Below are positions 55,701 to 64,000 of a stretch of 64,000 nucleotides of DNA, piece by piece. The stretch lies in NCBI GenBank assembly GCA_030704615.1, contig CM060734.1, positions 42,098,001 through 42,162,000 on the forward strand, read 5' to 3'. The notes beneath the pieces were generated by a model. The model worked only from the letters and a program-made list of their open reading frames with translations, was not told the origin of the DNA and did no database searches. This stretch comes from Takakia lepidozioides. Its lineage: Eukaryota; Plantae; Bryophyta. The stretch's first letter is position 1. Every line of letters starts with the position of its first letter. A program made the position numbers and the translations under genes.

Positions 55701-58700
55701 TCTTGGAGTGATTGTGCGGGAGATCTTGAAGTGCGGGAGAGCCTCTTGCATGGGCTGGACATATTCTTTCTTGACCTCTTCCCTCCGGAATTTTTATATG
55801 GGCCAGTTTGGAATTGAATATCTCACAGATCTCTTAGATTACACCTTTTGATCTCAGTCGAGACAAGAAAGTGGTCAGAAGTACCAATGTCAGTTCTATC
55901 ATCTATGATATAATCCACAGTGGACTTTTCCCCAGTTTGGGTTTTTTCACTAGTCCACTGCAAAGGTGACCTATTGTTCAAGGTCAAAAGTGGAAGCTCT
56001 TCCGGGCAATTGATAAGTCGCTTGGCGTTGGAACTCATCCTCGGCAGAAATCCCAATGGTGTCGTCCTGTCGTACCTGTCGTAGACCCTTGCCCACCCAG
56101 GCATTTAAGTCTCCTATCAAGACCACGTGGCCTTTGGCGAGGAACTTTGGACAGTCAAGCTTAGCTTCTTGGAGGGCTTTATCAGCATCCATACTAAGGT
56201 GCCTCTCCTCATTCTTGCAAAATCCCTTCATCCCAAATGCAGCACATGGCACAATCAAACTCTATTCCTGGGCATCCAAAGATGGCAGGCAGTCCCCTCT
56301 ACATAGTCATGCTTGGCACCCGTAATGACGTGCCTTTCTACAGATAGATTCAGAGCCATAGTCCATGCACAGGCCAAGTCCCAAAGCAGCTCACATTCCT
56401 CCCATCTCTGTGGAAATTGAACTTGCGATGAACTGAGGTGAACTGAGATTTTGGAGTGGTCTGTGAAAATGACCAGGGAGCAGCTGAGGAGCCACAGTCT
56501 GAACCCTCTCAAGTACCTTGCAAACTCTAGGGAAAAGACCTTGCACATCCTACTCATGCCCTACTGGTTGCCCAGATTACATTCTTTTATGCTGAATTGC
56601 GCAAAAGACAATTCGGAGCTTTGATCCTATGGCACACACAACATAACGACCCCAAAAAATTACTTTCTAGATGCATTGTGTGTAGTCTTGCGAATGAAGA
56701 TGAAATGTTCCTGAAGGAAGATTGGGAGAGTATCCATGCAAGAGTAGTAGGTACAGGACGTGGCGAAGGCAAAGGTAGGAAACCAGACACTGTCACTGTA
56801 GCCTTGTTTAAAAGAACTCTGGGGTTCTGCGGATGTTTGTACCCGCCAAGTGAAGACATGTATCTCATGCCACCTGGAGCTAGGAAACCTCAAGATAAGC
56901 GTCGCACTATCGTTGCAATGCGCAATGTAACCAGGTGTAGCCATCAACCTGCCTTTGGCAATGCTGGCTGCTATTGCACCTGCGACTTCTGTTGTATGGA
57001 CCATGATTGAACTCTCTAGAATCCATTCAAGTGGGGGTGCTTAAGGAGTGTATGTCAGCATGCTCCAAAACAGCCAATGTGGCTGTTCGGGGTGAGTTTG
57101 GCATTCCGTCCTTAAGCTCCCGACTAGATGAATTCAAGGTCAGATGGTGGGGTCAGCTGCAACATATGCCCAACACCAGATATCCTAAGTTAATCGACTC
57201 TATATCTTGGAAACAGGACCGCCCTGTCAAACAGGCTAAGTCCTGGCAGAAGAGAGTAGAAGAGATCCTCAAGGACCTGGACCTGGATCCGCAAGTCTTG
57301 ACCCTGCTGGATAAATCTGACTTAGAGGCTGTAGTGTCCTCAGCCATGTCTGTTGCCATGAGATTGTCTGATGAAAATGAAGTTAGGCAGAAAACTTCCC
57401 TGAACTTGTTTCCAGTCTGTGACATGGGGGAGGACATCTTGGATGACCTCAAGGGTCTACCCACTCTCGGCACTAGACTGAAATTTAAACTCAGGGCAGG
57501 AAGCCTACCTTTGAACAGCAAACAGAAGCAGAGAGGAAAGGGAGAGTGCAATTGCCCGTTGTGTGGGCAATCTGAAGACAGTATTCATTTTCTGATACAC
57601 TGTCCGGGGTTCTCTCACCAAAGAGACGCTCTCTTCAAATCTATTAAGGGAATTGTGCCTGTACCCCTGTTTACCAACTTTGAAAGTCTCGAGGCTGAGC
57701 CAAAAGCCCAGGCCCTCCTGAGGCCTAGTTTTTGGGCAAATCACACACAGCAGATTGATGCTTTTGTGAAGGGATTGCTAGAGGATATCTGGAAAACCCA
57801 GATTAATTCTTTATATGGAGGTAAGTCTTACTACCAACGTCAGCCCCTGACAGAGGTAGGTTCTGTCCCTTTTGTTCCCGCTCAAACTGGGCGTGGGGTC
57901 AATGGCCACAAGGCTACGGCAAACAACGTCTTATGAGTACAATCATGATTGAACTCTGTAAAGTAGGGAGTAAGATCCTTAGGGTGCCCCATGTATATCA
58001 TCTGTGGCAAATTGTCAACAAGTCCCAGAATGCGATCGCTTGGTTGATGGACAGGCATCTGCAATGTGTTTAAGAGTCTTGATGACCATGTGTGCACTTG
58101 TTGAATTGTGACCTTCATGGCCAATGACTGTATTTCCCACCCTCTCAAGACCGAGCTGCCGATTCAGACTGCTGACTCTACCTTTTTTTGCTCCTTTACT
58201 ATGGCTGGGAGGTATCTGCACATCAGCAGAGTAGCATGCATATACCATTTTCTTGTCATAGGTCTCGGTCTACCATAGTTCAAAGAGTGAATATGTGGTC
58301 AAGAGTGGATCGGTTGCGCCGGAAGCCTGCCTGCCCAGTAGCGTGAAGCTGAGAGGTTTCAGCCCATCAACAAGTCCTATGGCCATGACTGACCCTAAAC
58401 AGTTAAGCCAGATGACGGCCATAGCTTGTGATTTCACTCGATGCGTCAGCACAGTGTTGCTCTAGGCCCCCCTGTGAGGGTTGAATTTGTAAAGGGTCTT
58501 AGGGTCCAATGTGGAACCTGTAGGGAGCCTGTACGAGCATTGAAGGAATGGCATTTTACAAGTCACAGAGGCCGAAGGAGAGACGACTTTGTCAGTTGAT
58601 ATTATAGAAAAAGTCACCTTAGATTCATGCTATGAACCAATCTCATTTTTTTGGAATGTATGCAGGTTGAACGTATCTCATTTGAGGCCCGTGAGATCCA

Positions 58701-61700
58701 AACTGAACTCCGCCAGGCTGAGGAACTTACCCGTATTTTCAACTCCCGGGAGATGCTTTTTGGTTCTCCAACCACGGATTACAGCCGCCTCAAGAGGGTT
58801 GTTGAACAGTTTGAGCCTTTCCACTACTTGTGGACTACAGCAGATGATTGGAAACGGCTGCATATCAGCTGGATGAATGACCCCTTTGAGAATCTGGACC
58901 CCGAGGAAGTAGAGAACAATGTAGCAGGCTGGTGGAAAAGGTTGCTCAAATACCACAGAGAGTTCAGCAAGCGGGATCTTGAATTTCAGGCCAATTTGTG
59001 CGATTCCATTCGTCAAGAGGTGAAAACATATGACCTTTAAGATCTATCAACATAGAGAGAAATGAAATGAAATGTAGTGGTACAGAAAGAAATGAAATGC
59101 AATGGTACTTCATAACGTCTGCCAAAAGCTCAAAGAGCTTATGGGGCAAAAGAAAGAAAGAAACAAGAAAGAAAATAAAAGAAATGAAATGGTGCTTTAT
59201 AACGTGTATGGAAAGCTCATAGAGCTTATGGGACGAAATGGAAGAAAACATGGGAGAGGAAACAAAACCAGAGCCAAAAATAAAACTATTGCTCGAGTGA
59301 TTGTCTAAGGGTGAAGGCCTCGTGCAGGTAAGCTGCCAAGCATTTCTGATCCTCATAGTGGAAGACTTAAGTGAGAGATTGGGTTCTGCGGAATAGACAG
59401 TGGAATCTCCCACGGATCTCATAGTTTCAATTTCCCGGTTGCGCCCTGTGCAAGCTGGACATAGGCGGTCCTCCCGTTGCAGGTTTTCCCATCTGCCAGT
59501 CTCTATCCGTAGGTTGTGGGAGCCCACCCTGAACCGCCCCAATGTCCTCAGGAGGGAGCCCCCACAAGCAGAGAAAGAGAGAGGGAATGGAATGGAATGG
59601 TGCTTTATAATGTCCGCGGAAAGCTCATAGAGCTTATGGGAAAAATGGAAGAAAACGTGAGAGAGGAAAGAGAGAGGGAGCCCCCATAAGCAGCCCAATT
59701 GAAAGAGGAAGAGAGAAAAATAGAAAGAAACTGTACAACTTTATAATAGAAAGGAATGAAAGAAGGTATGTTATGTTGTAGGGGACATCGTAGGAGTGTT
59801 TGTGACAAGAGGGTACAACAAGCAATCATTGTGTTGCTGCTTGAAGATGGTGTACCTCGTGAGAGGTACAATCATAGATTGTTACCTGAAATGTTGGCAA
59901 TGGTATACACTGGAAGACATACTTCCTGTAGAATATTAACCCTCCTGGAGCTGGTTGTTAGTTATACCCTCAGGGTATTGAACTGTGCCCAAAAATGCCA
60001 TAGTACTTGCACACAGGTGGTGAATCTGGTGACAGCAGAGTGTTAATTATTCAAGAGTTAATATCAGCTACTGCTACTTGTGGCTGTGGTTGCATCTGCC
60101 AGTGACTCTGGAAGGTAGAGAAGAGAAGAGGAAGAAGAACTGTTTTTGTGTCCACTGCAGGTCTGAGTGGCCGTTTGGACAAAAAGGGAGTACCAAGTAA
60201 TGAACAAAGGAGAGAAGGAAAAGAAAGAGGAAATAAAATCTTAACATCTACAGGGGCCCCTGAGAAGTATACAGGGGGACCTCAAGGACCCATGAGAAAT
60301 GAAATGATATGAAATGAAATGAAATGGTACTTTAGACCCATGAGAGAAAGTAAAATGACTACAAAAGAACTTAACGCTGTTCTCATAGAGACCCTAAGGA
60401 GAGAGTACTTCATGACAAACCAAAGCACTAGAACTACATTGCTTCATGGAAACGGAGGCCTTATGAAGGAAGCAACCTGGAGAGGAAATCCCTGTTGTTG
60501 TGATCAAGGAGTTCATAAGATTAGATTTGCGATGGTTCCCCTTTTCCCTGCGAAACCAAACCTGAATGTGTTGAGCACCATGACCTCGGATGTTGGGTAA
60601 GGTGGGTGATTTGTGCCTATGATAGCTGCAATGCGCCAAAAAGGAATACGAGACCGACACTGGGACCAAATTTCAAAGTCACTGGGATTGGATGTACACC
60701 CGAATCAGGAGTTCACACTGACAACAGCAATTGATTTGGGTCTTTTGGATCGTCTGGAAGTTTTGAATGAGGTTGCTGAACTAGCAAGCAAGGAATATAG
60801 TATTGAAGTAGCATTGGAGAAGATGGAGGAGGAGTGGAAGAGCCTTGAGCTCCAGGTATGAGTCCCTCTGCGCCCAATGTGCTATCTGTAATCTGAGGAT
60901 TTGGTACTGCTCAGAGGGCATTTGCTTTTTTATACCGTGTTTCTTTGTTGGTCATTTTCGTTCCATAGGTCCTTGGGGTCCGGTGGAGGTTATAGAGTGT
61001 TTTCCTTTCCTTCTTTCCAGTGTTCTTGAGCATGCTTCAAATGGTGGCCTATAATATTTTCATGGGTTGGCTATCTCAGATGCACTGATGTTCTCATGTT
61101 TCTTTTTCAGACTTCTCACCGTTCTAGGCCACTTGTCTGTAAGGTTCTTCTAGGTGGGTTAAGCAGCATGCTAGTAGAACGAAATCTGTACTTGCTGGAC
61201 TTCTTATTGGTTTGGCTTGCTTTCTGAATGCCTAAGAATTGAAAAGGTTCTCATCATGCTTTTTATGTTACGAGTCATATTCTAGTATAATTGTAGCAAA
61301 GTAAGGAAAATGTGGTCTAATCGACATGCCTGAGCCGTCACAGTGTGATAGGGTGGACGTCTACAGCAAGATTGAGAGACTTAGGTGTGTGTCATAACTT
61401 TCTGGAAGTCCTACTGATTTTGAACATCGATAGGTTAAGGTGTGGATGGTGATCTTACTAGTGTCTTTTGCAATTTTCCAGATTCAAGCATACAAAGACA
61501 CTGGAACGTACATAATGAAAATTGAAGAAGCCACACTGCAGCAACTTGATGATCACATTGTGTTGACCCAGTCAATGAGCTATTCTCCCTTCAAAAAGCC
61601 ATTTGAAGATCGAATTGCCAGGTGGGAGGCATCCCTGGTTCTAGTGTCAGAGACAATAGATGAGTGGCTAAAGGTCCAGCGGCAATGGATGTACTTGGAG

Positions 61701-64000
61701 CCAATCTTCAGCAGTGGAGATATCCAGACCCAGCTTCCCATAGAGAGCAAACGGTTTGGGACTGTGAATATGATTTGGCACAAATCGTTGGCTCAGGCAT
61801 TTAATACTCCTGGAATTCTTACCATGTGCAACAGCAAAAAGCTGCTCCAACAGTGCACCGAGTCTAACAGGGTTCTCTCTTAAATCTATCTTTTGTCCCC
61901 GTCGATCTAGCTTTAGTTCTTTTGTTTGTATGTGTGGCTGTCCCATACGCTATTTGGGCTGATTGTGAATGTTAGTGACCAAATTCTTTCTACTTTGTCC
62001 CATGGGGCCACCTGTGAGCATTTTAAAATTGTTCTTTGTTTCTAAGAGCTTTCCGCGGACGTTATAAAGCACCATTTCATTTGTTTTCCCTTCTTTGTTT
62101 CCCTCCAGTGCATTTCATAAAGTTGTTATTTCTTTTTCCGCTGTGCAAATCATTGGTGCTTTTTTGATGTTTTCCAATGTGCTTGGTTCTTGTGGCCGCT
62201 TGTGGACATTACAAAGTTTCTTTATTCCCTTCTTTCGCCCCAGATCAACCTTTATAGGCTGAAATTGTCGAGCACTTGGTAAGCCAGGAAATGCTAGCGG
62301 TGGCAGAGGTGGACACCACGAGACCACCTTCGACATAGTCATGGCACGAATTCTATGGGCTAAAGTTGTGAAATAACCATTTTCTCCTAAGATTCTGGAA
62401 ATGTTTGTGGTAGTATTTATGTGTTTACAAAAGATTGTTCAGATGAGTGTTTCTCACTGGAGTTTCCTTGGGGTTTGCAGTTGATTGATCTAGTGCAAAA
62501 AGGTCTTGCGGACTACTTGGAGACCAAGAGACTTGCCTTCAGCCGTTTCTTCTTTCTTTCCAATGATGAGCTGCTCCAAATTCTGTCGCAGGCGAAAAAT
62601 CCTCTGGCTGTGCAACCTCATCTGCACAAATGTTTTGAGGCTATTGAAAGGCTAGACTTTGAGACTGACCTGGAAATACTTGCTATGAATTCTTCAGAAG
62701 GAGAGAAGGTGAGTCAGGGTGAAAGTAGCAAGCACATATGTCAGTGTGTCTGGTATAGCCACCCTTGAGAAAACTGTCAAGTCCAATGGAGAAAGCAGAA
62801 AGAAAGATGGAACCTATAACATTCACAGGGGGAATGGTATAAATTTACAGAGAAGAATTTGATGTGTAGGACTACTAGAGAAAATTGGAAGTGGGTAGGG
62901 GGAAACCCTAAAGGAGAACAGAAAGAATGAAGGAACCGTATAACATCCACTGGAATCCAATAGAGTTGACGGGAGAAGACATTATAACAAACAAACAACT
63001 ACCATATGATGCTTAAATTGCAGAAGAGGAACAAGGGAGTTTATTATGTCCTCAGGAGAGGGAGAGCCACATTGTTGTAGGTGTCCCTTCCAGCTAAGCC
63101 GTTGTGGATTGGATTGCAGATCCCATTTCCATCAAGCATGTATCCAACTGGAAATGTAGAAGTGTGGCTGAGTCAGGTTAAGCAGAAGATGAAGGGAAGC
63201 ATCCAGGTATCCCGAAGCCAAAATTTCTCCTTGGGATTCTATTGATCTTTGAGTGTTATACTGTGCACTGTTGGAGTGTTGTCCTACCGGGATAGAGAGG
63301 AGTTTGCTAACATCACAAGAAGGTAGGAGTTGAATACATTCAGTAGATCTTGACCTTTTAGGAGTTTTGTGTGCTCAGAGCTGCAGCCTTTTTCATAGTT
63401 GCTTACAATTTGATGAGAGGCTTTTGCAATCCTTTCCCTTGCGCTGAGAAAGCCCCTTGCAGGAAATGCAGGTGCCAATGCCAGCCATCCCATGGTGCAT
63501 AAGTGACCTTTAACTTGGACCATTGTTGATTTGATCCCAATACCTTCTGGAGTTTGGCCGTTGTGGCCTGAATTTTGCTCTCTTAGGTAGAAACTCACTT
63601 AATCCATCAGAGGTTTTCATCTTAAATTGGTTTTTGAAACGTTTTGGTATTTTTCTGGTCCTATAGGCCTTTGCCCTCTAGTGCACATCAATTTTATATT
63701 ATTTTTCTGTGGTCTTTTGTGTATGCAGATCAAAGTATCGCTCCAGGCCTACAAGTCAGTTCCAAGGACACAATGGGTGCAAGAATGGTCGGGGCAGGTG
63801 GTGCTTTGTGGAAGCTCAGTGTATTGGACGGCCGGAGTGGAACGTGCCATCAACACATCAACCATGCAAGCCTTTTTTGATGATGTACAGGTCAGTAATA
63901 ATTCCATCAGACACCCAGAAACCGAAGTGGAAATTGAATTGGCCTGGAGACTGTTTGAATTTCACACAATGCCATCCAATGTATGGAGTTCTTCAAACAG
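43713..64000 (+). CDS. DNAH1: Axonemal inner-arm dynein heavy chain, DNAH1-like (tail and linker; continues beyond the window). Contains frameshifts; possible pseudogene
   Basis: Exons: 43713-43749 and 44286-44389 (both tentative), 44849-44943, 45100-45252, 45644-45799, 46018-46111, 46622-46892, 49123-49353, 50556-50838, 51182-51433, 52712-52896, 53305-53399, 53836-~53890 (partial), 58666-59019, ~60602-60855, 61482-61871, 62481-62708, 63120-63206, 63729-63890. DNAH1-type N-terminus: RKKRLY..DI..LL, LPLYLFDNEDYE, RIQVHFQAEDP, LTRPEVI, GKGWFN. General dynein heavy chain motifs: GIRDRHW, QRQWMYLEPIF, RFFFLSNDELLQIL, VQPHLHKCFE, NVEVWL. Confidence 0.88.
47160..47440 (-). mobile_element. Diverged LINE family B 3' fragments
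   Basis: Contains the EPKALALLGDNYWADH / GFLEEIWK segment and the CTACGGCAAACAA..TTATGAGTAC terminus. Confidence 0.7.
47600..48893 (-). mobile_element. LINE family A (RTE-X-like), 5'-truncated; RT thumb, CCHC domain and (CATTT)n tail
   Basis: Uninterrupted 385-aa ORF 47712..48869: VNLSKTKIMVF, YRYLGL, IYGCEFW, RFRVGSHNLRIETGRW...CPAC...ETEEHFFFYCPLY. The 3' UTR ends GCACCATTTCATTTCATTTCATTTC. The clade assignment is inferred from motifs. Confidence 0.9.
49390..49997 (+). mobile_element. Stack of LINE family B 3' fragments plus a structured SINE-like element
   Basis: Successive units end GTAC(A/T)ATCTATATTCC or close variants. A TCTATATTCC-like sequence recurs at ~49377, 49569, 49703, 49742 and 49989. 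Confidence 0.8.
52170..52365 (+). mobile_element. Old LINE family A 3' fragment
   Basis: EDPKCLAA.LHE segment followed by a degenerate AAGCTC..GAGCTT..TTATAAAGTGCCTTTTCATTTC terminus. Confidence 0.6.
54165..54250 (-). mobile_element. LINE family A 3' terminus
   Basis: (GAAAT)n GGTGCTTTATAACGTCCGCGGAAAGCTCATAGAGCTTATGGGAC. Further short copies at ~45348, ~62045, ~60296 and ~1355. Confidence 0.8.
54475..56258 (-). mobile_element. Internally deleted, degenerate LINE family B copy with APE endonuclease
   Basis: AP-endonuclease motifs GHVVLIGDLNAWVG, STVDYII and GTSDHFLV. RFWLAVQSLK and PISSPEIAEA lie in the pre-RT region. 54475-54900 is homologous to 57016-57450. Confidence 0.8.
57016..57943 (+). 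mobile_element. LINE family B, 5'-truncated, with perfect 14-bp TSD
   Basis: Open ORF2 C-terminus (VRGEFGIPSL; KFKLRAGSLPLN; [19 protein letters not shown]) runs almost to the 3' end. TSD CATGATTGAACTCT at 57002-57015 and 57944-57957. Confidence 0.92.
59058..59660 (-). mobile_element. Three stacked LINE family A 3' fragments
   Basis: Termini at ~59060-59150, 59182-59550 (includes RFRVGSHNLRIETGRW) and 59585-59660. Confidence 0.85.

Noticed and set aside
56597-57010. 137-aa + strand ORF as a missing dynein exon (W..P.KLL..EDE.F resemblance)
   Set aside because: The similarity is weak, there are no clear splice sites, and the opposite strand looks like a decayed RT.
54475-57943. Single LINE with a twin-priming 5' inversion
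   Set aside because: The two arms overlap in element coordinates and the + copy has its own TSD, so they are separate insertions.

Overview
Eukaryotic, intron-rich genomic DNA, inferred to come from a non-flowering land plant of a lineage with flagellated sperm (lycophyte, fern or bryophyte type). The inference rests on an axonemal dynein, a DNMT3 with a DUF3444-like tail and a PLS-class PPR fragment occurring together. There are four genes, whose exons I joined by hand using splice phase. (1, 2) A tandem pair of plant DYRKP kinases on the - strand: copy A is 1..5250 and runs off the left edge; copy B is complete at 11711..22504. (3) An intact DNMT3-type C5 DNA methyltransferase (28469..37068, -). 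(4) A divergently transcribed DNAH1-like inner-arm dynein heavy chain (43713..>64000, +), which has two frameshifts and appears to lack about 120 aa of exons, so it may be decaying. Intergenic and intronic DNA holds a piggyBac transposase remnant split by a solo LTR, a TTAA-flanked piggyBac-type non-autonomous element, Tourist-like MITEs, a tRNA-derived SINE head, and two LINE families that recur as stacked 3' fragments. One stack includes a highly structured ~230-nt element of unknown identity. All protein assignments come from motif recognition; no database searches were run.
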